Below are positions 57,052 to 64,000 of a stretch of 64,000 bases of DNA, one piece after another. Position 1 is the stretch's first letter; every line of letters starts with the position of its first letter. Origin of the DNA: Clostridiales bacterium. Its GTDB lineage: Bacteria > Acidobacteriota > Aminicenantia > Aminicenantales > UBA8522. The translations under genes were made by a program, and so were the position numbers. Under the pieces are notes generated by a model that was not told the DNA's origin, did not search any database, and saw nothing but the letters and a program-made list of their open reading frames with translations. The stretch lies in contig JARYMI010000002.1 in the NCBI GenBank assembly GCA_029907205.1, positions 59,060 through 123,059 of the forward strand, written 5' to 3'.

Positions 57052-57836
57052 GCGTGCTTCAGCGTGTCTCCGCGCAGCCCTTGCCTAAGTGCTTCCAGAG
57101 CCAACACTTCCTCGGGCGGGATATTCCCCAAGTTAACGTTGAGCCCAAAACGCAGGATAAGGTCCTGCTGCTGATTCTTGAGGGGAGCTTCCCAGATTAA
57201 ATCATCCACGGCAGTGCCCGCGGCCAGGATGCGATCGATCTCGTCCTCCTTGGTTTTCCCCTCTTGGTCAAAAATGCCGACACCCTTCCCGGCTTCGCGG
57301 GATTCGATGATGACCTTAAAAGCACCAGAATCCAGATCCTCACGGATCAGTTCATGAATAAGCTCGGCCGGAGGAGCTTCTTTGGGATCCTTCTTTCCCA
57401 CTTCTGTGATGACTTTGAAGCCCATGTCGAGGGATTTTTTTATCGCCGCTTTCCGGGCAGGCCGGTCTATCTCGATCGTGCCGTCCGAGACTTCAACTGC
57501 GCTGAACCCTAAGTCGCGCGCCTTTTCAAGATAAGCATCGAGGCTTTTTTGCCATACGGCCACTTCAAGAAAGGTTCCGCCCGGCATGACTTCGATGCCG
57601 GAAGAGACGATCAACTCATTTTTTTCTTTGAGCAGACGCCTCTCATAGAAGGCCGAGGTCCCGAAGGTCAGCTTGATGATGTCGATGTAGTCTCCAGCCG
57701 TTTGAATCAGGTCTTTGAGAAAATAAATGCCCAGGCCCTTGTCTATGACCATGGTCAAGCCTGTCCGCCTGGGTTTTTTGCTCCTCCCCAGGCATGGGAT
57801 GCGGAAGGCTCCATTCCACGCTTTATTCGCCATATT
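57027..57836 (-). CDS. (2R)-phospho-3-sulfolactate synthase (ComA family)
   Basis: MANKAWNGAFRIP…TMVIDKGLG…IDIIKLTFGTS…VEVSDGTIEI… ComA TIM-barrel family pattern. Start at the ATG at 57836. The track ORF is extended upstream. Confidence 0.65.
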   Translation of the reverse strand, partial: NMANKAWNGAFRIPCLGRSKKPRRTGLTMVIDKGLGIYFLKDLIQTAGDYIDIIKLTFGTSAFYERRLLKEKNELIVSSGIEVMPGGTFLEVAVWQKSLDAYLEKARDLGFSAVEVSDGTIEIDRPARKAAIKKSLDMGFKVITEVGKKDPKEAPPAELIHELIREDLDSGAFKVIIESREAGKGVGIFDQEGKTKEDEIDRILAAGTAVDDLIWEAPLKNQQQDLILRFGLNVNLGNIPPEEVLALEALRQGLRGDTLKHAYSKASRS

Positions 57837-58845
57837 CAGCTCCTTTTTGAGATGAGTAACGTTCTGACAGCAGGCCTCCCCAGCAGCGGTCCGGGCTGGA
57901 AAGGACAGAGGCCACAAGGCGGGTATGGCGCGAGCGCGCCAACGTCTCGGCAGCTCTGAGCCTCGCTCTGGCTAAATCGGGATTGTCCAATCCGGGCGCT
58001 GGAACCTTGTCGTAAAGGACGACCGTCTCGGCGAGCTTCTCAGATATGTTGTCGAACAGGGCTTTCGCCCGTCGAGCAGCATTATCCATCCTGCTGAGGA
58101 GAAAAGTGTCCCGGCCTTCTTCGATGCGAGGAAAGATAATCACGACATCAGGATCCTTGAGAGTGTCGAACGGACACTTATAGGAAGAAAGGTCGATAGC
58201 AATTTTCCCGTGCCATTCTGTTCCCTGGTTGGCCGGCAGGGGTGCGGGCCAAAACTCAGAAAAATGGCGCCGGATTGTTTCAATTCTGACGTTGTCCACG
58301 AGCGAACCCATGAACCAGAGAAAGCGGCCTGCCTTGATGGTGAAATGAACGGTCTCGGTCGAAAAGAGTTTTAACCCTTTGGCAAGCCCGCTGAGAAGGT
58401 AGACTGTTTTGCCGCTTCCTGCTCCACCGGCGATGACCACCAGCCTGTTTTTTTTCGCCTGGAAAAGGCCGCAGGCATGGAGGCTGTAAACCTGATGGTT
58501 TCTCTCCAAGAGATAAAGGGCAAAGCGGTAAAAAAAGCCCTGGTTTCCCCACAAGCTGTACCTCAGGTCGGAGGCCCGCCTGGTCAGGCTGACGAAGGGG
58601 CCTCGGAAAAACGCGCGCTGGCCGGAAATGCGGCAGGACGGCTTTGCCCCGGGCACCTCATAAATGCTGATCCGGCCGTCCGGGTTAGAGGGATAAGGGA
58701 TGTTTTTTATTTCTTTGAAATCTGTAAGCAGGGATTTCACTTCAAGCGGCAGGGGAAAGGATAGAAGAAGGGATTTCTCGTTGGAGACGACTCCTACCTC
58801 AGCTTTCAAGACCCTCAGGCCTTGGCGGTGCATTCTTTCAGGCAC
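57823..58845 (-). CDS. P-loop kinase-like protein, HPr-kinase C-domain-like (HprK-related)
   Basis: Walker A LVVIAGGAGSGKT in a ~340-aa protein. Layout resembles the HprK C-terminal kinase domain. Its stop is 13 nt from the comA start. Confidence 0.45.
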   Translation of the reverse strand: MPERMHRQGLRVLKAEVGVVSNEKSLLLSFPLPLEVKSLLTDFKEIKNIPYPSNPDGRISIYEVPGAKPSCRISGQRAFFRGPFVSLTRRASDLRYSLWGNQGFFYRFALYLLERNHQVYSLHACGLFQAKKNRLVVIAGGAGSGKTVYLLSGLAKGLKLFSTETVHFTIKAGRFLWFMGSLVDNVRIETIRRHFSEFWPAPLPANQGTEWHGKIAIDLSSYKCPFDTLKDPDVVIIFPRIEEGRDTFLLSRMDNAARRAKALFDNISEKLAETVVLYDKVPAPGLDNPDLARARLRAAETLARSRHTRLVASVLSSPDRCWGGLLSERYSSQKGAEYGE

Positions 58846-58901
58846 AGCAGACCTTCTTCGGTCCTCATCTTACACGAACGGCACCCAATCAACAACTCAA
58901 T

Positions 58902-59648
58902 TCATTTTTCGTATTGGGCCACATGAATAGCCGCTGCTCCGAAGAACAACGGATTTTCGTCTACCCGGGCAAACCCCGCCTGCCTGAGGAGGCGGCTGAA
59001 ATCAGCGGCCTCATAAAAACGTGGGATCGTGGAGGAGAGATAGGCGTACCCGGCTCTCGACCCTGTGAGAAAAGTGCCGACGGGCCTGACAGCCAACTTG
59101 ATATACGCATGGAAAAGTTTCTTGATAACCGGGTGTCGCGGCTGACTTGTTTCGAGGTTGATAAAGCAGCCGCCGGGCCGGAGGACACGCCGGAACTCCC
59201 GGAGGTGTTTGAGCAGGGCATCGGTCGAGGCGTTGATGTTGCGTGTGGCAAAAGAGATTGTTACCAGGCCAAAGGTTCGATCGGCAAAGGGCAGCCGGCC
59301 CGCTTCAGCGATGGTCAATAAAAAATCACGGCCTGCCGATTTGTCAGAAACCCGGGCTAACATAGCCGCGTTAAAATCGACCACAACGATTCTCGCCCGC
59401 TCATCAGAATACCGGCGCAGGCTCTCGGCCATCTCTCCCGTCCCGCTGCAGACATCGAGCCAGAGTGTGCCTCCAGCCCGGGCGGCCAGCCGGGCGGCCT
59501 GCTTTCGCCACGACCGATCCAAGCCAAAGGTCAGGATATGATTGACCAGCTCGTAGCGCTCGGCCACTTCTGAAAAAATAGCCTGAATTCCTCTGTTCAT
59601 CATTTCGCCCAGGCTTTCTATCCTATCAGAAAATCCTGTCCCTGGCAC
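58902..59648 (-). CDS. Class I SAM-dependent methyltransferase, UbiE/MenG-like
   Basis: …ERYELVNHILTFG…LDVCSGTGEMA…VVDFNAAML… UbiE/COQ5-type motifs. True start possibly at the internal MM (ATG 59603). Confidence 0.65.
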   Translation of the reverse strand: MPGTGFSDRIESLGEMMNRGIQAIFSEVAERYELVNHILTFGLDRSWRKQAARLAARAGGTLWLDVCSGTGEMAESLRRYSDERARIVVVDFNAAMLARVSDKSAGRDFLLTIAEAGRLPFADRTFGLVTISFATRNINASTDALLKHLREFRRVLRPGGCFINLETSQPRHPVIKKLFHAYIKLAVRPVGTFLTGSRAGYAYLSSTIPRFYEAADFSRLLRQAGFARVDENPLFFGAAAIHVAQYEK

Positions 59649-59860
59649 GACCTGCTCAGTTTGCTGAAAGAAGCATCTCCACGACAGGACCCCCGTCTTT
59701 CAAAAAAATGGAAATGCTTACTTGATGAAGAAAGCGGTGGACGGAAAAAACCGGTTTTGTTAAAATTTTTGACTTCATGAAAACCCGGGCAAGGGAATGG
59801 ATTTCTTATATATTTCTTCTCTGTTTATTTGATATCCTTTTTTTGCATGTAAGGAGGCCC

Positions 59861-61483
59861 ATGGCTAAAACGATTGTCAAAAACCTCATTTTCTTTATTC
59901 TGGTCCTTGTCATTGCCCCGGCGCTTGTCCAGGCTGATGTTTCTCCGACCTACGCTCTGGTCAATTGCCGGATCGTGCCGGTTGGTGGACCCCAAGTCGA
60001 AAAGGGCATCATCATCATCCGTGATGGTCTTATTGAATCTATAGGAACTATCGGAATAATAAAGATTCCCGAAGACGCTGAAGTGATAGAGGCCGAGGGC
60101 TTGACCGCTTATCCTGGATTGATCTCAGCCCACACGAATTTCTTCATTGAGCCGCCCAAGGAAGAGCGGCCGGCCGCAGAGGCCCTGCAGACTGCTGAAA
60201 GTCAGCCGGAGAAACCTGTGGCCAAACGTGGCTCGCCGGCCTTTAGCCTCCTTAAGCCCAAGAAGACGACGATTGAGGCGCTTCATCGCATCGGCATCAC
60301 AACCATCCTCGCTGCGGCCGGGTCGGGCATCTTCGCCGGCCAGAGCGTCCTCATTAACCTTAACGGCGAGGCTGTCGAACCTATGGTGGTCAAAAACCCC
60401 GTCGCCCTGCACATCAATTTCGCTACAGAAAGAGGGGCTTACCCGTCGAGCCTGATGGGCACGATGGCCCTCCTCAGGCAGTCCTTCTTGGACGCGGCTT
60501 ATTACGCTTCACATCGCACGCGCTTTGAACAGCTTGGCCGGGGGATGAAGAGACCCGAGTACAACCCTTTCCTCGAAGACCTCGTTCCGTACGTCGTCGA
60601 TAAAAAGCCGATCATTTTTACGTGCGCCAACCAGGAAGACATCAAGCGAGCTCTTCGGCTGCGCGATGAGTTCAAGCTGAACATCCTCATCAGCGGCGCC
60701 AACGAAGCCTGGCGGGTGGCTGACGCGCTTCGGAAAACTCCGGTGCCGCTTTTCATCTCTCTCGATTTTCGCCCCCCGATGAGCAGCGAATACTCCCAAA
60801 AAGGAGAGGAAGAGAAGAGAAGAGCTGAAAAAGATATCTATCCAGCCAATGCCAAAGCTCTTTCGCAAGCCGGGCTGCCCTTCGCCCTGACTTCCTTTGG
60901 CCTCAGTGATCCGGCAACAATCCAGAAAAACATCCGGGCCGCCATCTACGCCGGCCTGCCGGCAGACGAAGCCCTGAAAGCTTGGACGATCACACCGGCC
61001 AAGTTTCTGGGAGTTGACTCTATCCTGGGAAGCCTTGAACGGGGGAAAATTGCCAATATCATCCTGACCAGGGGCGAAATCTTCGACGAAAAAACAGAAA
61101 TTGAAAAGGTTTTCGTCGATGGCGTCTTTTTCCCGGTGGAGAAAAAAGCGGCTGAAGCTCAGCCTGCAGCCATAAACGTGGCCGGAACCTGGAAGGCCGC
61201 TGTGCGCAGCCCGATGGGAGAACTGGACTTGACGATGGAGCTCGAGCAGGAAGGAAGCAAGGTTAGCGGCGCTTTGACCAGCGCAATGGGCCGCTGGGAA
61301 ATCCGTGAAGGAACCCTCAGCGGAAGCAACCTTGTTTTTTCAATCGAAGCCACGATCATGGGTCAAACCATGACCATGGAGTTCAGCGGCACGGCTGAAA
61401 AGGATTCTCTTGAAGGAACGATCTCCACGGCCATGGGAAATGCCGAGCTTCGAGCCTCGCGCGTTCCTAAGACCTCACCCTGA
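59861..61483 (+). CDS. Secreted amidohydrolase-family protein (paralog 1; HxH replaced by HTN)
   Basis: Signal MAKTIVKNLIFFILVLVIAPALVQA (AAGGAGG RBS). …AYPGLISAHTNFF… at the metal-binding HxH position. Amidohydrolase fold continues. Confidence 0.7.
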   Translation: MAKTIVKNLIFFILVLVIAPALVQADVSPTYALVNCRIVPVGGPQVEKGIIIIRDGLIESIGTIGIIKIPEDAEVIEAEGLTAYPGLISAHTNFFIEPPKEERPAAEALQTAESQPEKPVAKRGSPAFSLLKPKKTTIEALHRIGITTILAAAGSGIFAGQSVLINLNGEAVEPMVVKNPVALHINFATERGAYPSSLMGTMALLRQSFLDAAYYASHRTRFEQLGRGMKRPEYNPFLEDLVPYVVDKKPIIFTCANQEDIKRALRLRDEFKLNILISGANEAWRVADALRKTPVPLFISLDFRPPMSSEYSQKGEEEKRRAEKDIYPANAKALSQAGLPFALTSFGLSDPATIQKNIRAAIYAGLPADEALKAWTITPAKFLGVDSILGSLERGKIANIILTRGEIFDEKTEIEKVFVDGVFFPVEKKAAEAQPAAINVAGTWKAAVRSPMGELDLTMELEQEGSKVSGALTSAMGRWEIREGTLSGSNLVFSIEATIMGQTMTMEFSGTAEKDSLEGTISTAMGNAELRASRVPKTSP

Positions 61484-61496
61484 AGAGGAGGCTACC

Positions 61497-62804
61497 ATGA
61501 AAAAGATGATTTTTGTCTTCTCATTTATTCTTATCCTCAGCTTCAGCGCTTCGCCGCTCTGGCCCGGCGGAAACCTGCTTATCAAAAACGGGACAATTCT
61601 GACCGTAACTAAAGGCGTTATCCCCAGGGGAGACGTCCTTATCATCGGAGGCATCATCAAGCAGATCGGGGAAAATATCCAGGCTCCGCCTGGAGTTCAG
61701 GTCATCGACGCTTCCGGAAAGTTCGTCCTTCCAGGGATCATCGATTCGCACACGCACATTGCGCTCTCCGGCACGAACGAAACCGGCGACGTTATCACCG
61801 CTGAGGTGGACATGGCCGACGTCCTGGACGCCGAGGACCTGTCCATTTTTACTGCTTTGAGCGGCGGCGTGACCATGGTCCACACAATGCACGGGTCAGC
61901 AAACCCGATCGGCGGCCGGAACGTGACCATCAAGCTTAAGAGGGCGCGTCCGTCCGAGGAGCTGGTCGTCCGCCAGGCTTATCCTACCCTCAAGTTTGCC
62001 CTTGGAGAAAATCCCAAGCAGGCGAACCGGATTGGCACAACAGGCCCGCCGCGCTACCCCCTTTCCCGAATGGGAGTAAACGCCATCATCCGAAGAGAAC
62101 TCCTCAGAGCCAGGACGTACATGAGCCAATGGGATCGGTACAACGAGCTCCGAAAATCCAAGAATCCTCCGAAAACGCTGCTTCCTCCGCGCCGCGACTT
62201 GAGGCTCGAGACGCTGGCTGAGTTGCTGCGCGGCAACCTTGTCGCCCGTTGCCACACCTACCGGGCCGACGAGACCCTGGAGTTCATCAACTTGTCCAAA
62301 GAATTCGGGTTCAAGATCGCCTGCTTCGAGCACATTCCGGAAGCCTATAAGATTGTCCCTGAACTCGTCCGCGAAGGCGTCGGCATTTCTATTTTTCTTG
62401 ATAACTGGGCTTACAAAGTCGAAGCGGCGGAAGGAATCGCTCCGATGGCCGCCTATTGCGCCCAAAATGGAATTCTCGTCTCCATCAATTCCGACGGAGC
62501 TGAGCGGACTCGTCGGCTCTTCAACGACGCTGCAAAAGCCATCAAATACGGCGGCCTTTCTGAAGAGGAAGCGCTCAAGCTCGTCACGCTCAACCCAGCC
62601 ATCCAGCTCGGCGTCGAGAAAATCGCCGGCAGCCTCGAAGTGGGCAAGCACGGCGATGTGGCCATCTTCAACGAGCATCCTCTGAGCGCCTACACTCGCT
62701 GCGAAATGACGATCATCGAAGGAGATATTTGTTTCGACCGGAGCCAGTACCTCAGCGAGCGGGAAGAGGCAGCCAAGCGGCAGAAGGAGCCGAAAAAAGG
62801 GTGA
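61497..62804 (+). CDS. Secreted amidohydrolase-family protein (paralog 2; canonical HxH)
   Basis: Signal MKKMIFVFSFILILSFSASP (GAGGAGG RBS). …LPGIIDSHTHIAL…; later …CHTYRADE…, …SINSDG…. Confidence 0.75.
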   Translation: MKKMIFVFSFILILSFSASPLWPGGNLLIKNGTILTVTKGVIPRGDVLIIGGIIKQIGENIQAPPGVQVIDASGKFVLPGIIDSHTHIALSGTNETGDVITAEVDMADVLDAEDLSIFTALSGGVTMVHTMHGSANPIGGRNVTIKLKRARPSEELVVRQAYPTLKFALGENPKQANRIGTTGPPRYPLSRMGVNAIIRRELLRARTYMSQWDRYNELRKSKNPPKTLLPPRRDLRLETLAELLRGNLVARCHTYRADETLEFINLSKEFGFKIACFEHIPEAYKIVPELVREGVGISIFLDNWAYKVEAAEGIAPMAAYCAQNGILVSINSDGAERTRRLFNDAAKAIKYGGLSEEEALKLVTLNPAIQLGVEKIAGSLEVGKHGDVAIFNEHPLSAYTRCEMTIIEGDICFDRSQYLSEREEAAKRQKEPKKG

Positions 62805-62812
62805 GGTTAACC

Positions 62813-64000
62813 ATGAAAAAACACATTTTGATTCTTTTTTCGATCCTGTTACTTGCGGCTTCGCTCATCTACGGGCAGAGCCAGAACGAGGGATACACGG
62901 CCATCAAGGGCGCTCATATCATTCCCGTCGTGGGGGAAGACATCCCTGTTGGCACCATCCTCATCAAGGATAAGCTGATCGAGGCCGTCGGCAAGGACAT
63001 CGTGATCCCGGCCAGCGCCAGAATCGTGGACGGCACCGGGCTTTACGCCTATCCCGGGATGATCGACAGTTTCTGCTTTCTCAGTCTTTCTGAAATAAGC
63101 TCCATCCCGGCCACAATCGACTATAGGGAGACCGGAAGAATTAACCCCCAGGTCAGGTCGGTCGAAGCCCTGCGGCCTGATTCGATGCACATTCCAATTA
63201 CCAGATCCAACGGCATAACGGCCGCGCTCGTGGTGCCTTCGGGCGGCCTTATCGCTGGCCAGAGCGGACTCATCAGGCTCACCGGCTGGACGCCCGGCGA
63301 AATGGTCATCAAAAGCCCTGTGGCCATGCACGTGGAATTTCCGTCGCTCGGAAGGCGTGGCTTCCAGCGAGAACAGGAGCCCAGGGAAGAAGCTTCCAAG
63401 CAAGTGATCGAGCTCAAAGACTGGCTGAACAAAGCCCGGTTTTATCAGAAAAGAAAACAAGCAGCGGCAAAAAATATGCTCCTGCAAATGCCGGAGTTTG
63501 ATGAAAAGCTGGAATTCCTCCATCCTGTTGTCAACGGAGAACTTCCTCTCATGATCTCTGTCCACGCTGATAAAGACATCCGGGCGGCTATCAAGTTTGT
63601 CCAGGAAGAAAAGATAAAAGCCATCTTCTTTGGCATGACTCAGGGATGGAAAGTTGCAGAGGAAATCGCCAAGGCCGGAATTCCCGTGGTTTTCGGCTCT
63701 CTCTATGACATGCCGCCGAGCTGGGAAGATGGTTACGACGCCCTCTACCGGAACCCGGCGGCGCTCCAAAAGGCCGGAGTCAAGATCGCCTTTTCCTCCC
63801 AGAGTGCCAGCTTGGCCAAAGACCTTCCTTACCATGCCGCTAAGGCGGCAGCCTTTGGCCTCGAAAAGCGAGAGGCGCTAAAGGCCGTGACCATCAACCC
63901 AGCAGAGATATTGGGAGTAGCCGACATCATGGGCAGCCTGGAGAAAGGAAAGCTGGCCAACATCGTCCTGGCGAACGGCGACATCCTCGAGCTCCGGACC
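62813..64000 (+). CDS. Secreted amidohydrolase-family protein (paralog 3; partial, runs off window end; HxH replaced by SFCF)
   Basis: ATG 62813. Signal MKKHILILFSILLLAASLIYGQ. …AYPGMIDSFCFLSL…. Open to position 64000. Same architecture as paralogs 1-2. Confidence 0.7.
   Translation, partial: MKKHILILFSILLLAASLIYGQSQNEGYTAIKGAHIIPVVGEDIPVGTILIKDKLIEAVGKDIVIPASARIVDGTGLYAYPGMIDSFCFLSLSEISSIPATIDYRETGRINPQVRSVEALRPDSMHIPITRSNGITAALVVPSGGLIAGQSGLIRLTGWTPGEMVIKSPVAMHVEFPSLGRRGFQREQEPREEASKQVIELKDWLNKARFYQKRKQAAAKNMLLQMPEFDEKLEFLHPVVNGELPLMISVHADKDIRAAIKFVQEEKIKAIFFGMTQGWKVAEEIAKAGIPVVFGSLYDMPPSWEDGYDALYRNPAALQKAGVKIAFSSQSASLAKDLPYHAAKAAAFGLEKREALKAVTINPAEILGVADIMGSLEKGKLANIVLANGDILELRT

Noticed and set aside
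62849-63835. 328-aa minus-strand ORF
   Set aside because: Antisense to amidohydrolase paralog 3. Arg/Gly/Asp-rich reverse-frame artefact.

Overview
This is about 64 kb of densely coding, high-GC (around 58-60% by eye) bacterial chromosome. I could not identify the organism. The gene content looks Gram-negative: nuo, znuABC, A2M/PbpC and a Tat-type signal. I support roughly 55 CDS, one initiator tRNA-fMet with a near-consensus sigma-70 promoter, and several structured non-coding elements. Several long track ORFs are antisense artefacts; the real nuoL is missing from the track because it runs off the window start.

The stand-out feature is at 19.7-23.1 kb: an integron-like locus. It has a frameshifted, C-terminally truncated integron integrase (intI) on the minus strand. 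Just past the intI start is a perfect GTTAGGC core (candidate attI). Two + strand cassettes follow, each closed by a hairpin-forming attC-like element. Each attC begins with GCCTAAC overlapping or just after the cassette ORF stop and ends in a GTT core. Cassette 1 encodes a TPR + double-DTG retropepsin-like aspartyl protease. Cassette 2 is AT-richer and encodes an OmpA-domain protein.

Housekeeping content includes a split nuoJKL unit, galK, znuABC, metK-ahcY, gpsA-plsY-thpR-cinA-pgpA-rimO-asnS, and a formimidoyltransferase-cyclodeaminase.

Other notable content:
- The periplasmic alpha-2-macroglobulin/PbpC pair, with pepD upstream and a signal-bearing RidA downstream.
- A hydroxyproline/prolyl-peptide cluster: a Cys/Thr proline-racemase-family dehydratase, a prolidase and a C-N hydrolase.
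- A NusG paralog in front of a DegT aminotransferase that carries an odd Arg/Gly-rich insert.
- A split methionine synthase with separate homocysteine-binding and pterin-binding genes, next to nifS and a DUF1015-serA-serC block.
- Tandem M16 peptidase homologs that both appear to lack HxxEH.
- A radical SAM (PflX-like) protein with an apparent Tat signal.
- A comA + HprK-like kinase + methyltransferase trio.
- Three tandem secreted amidohydrolase paralogs.

All calls rest on reading and translating the sequence and on recalled family signatures. No database search was possible.
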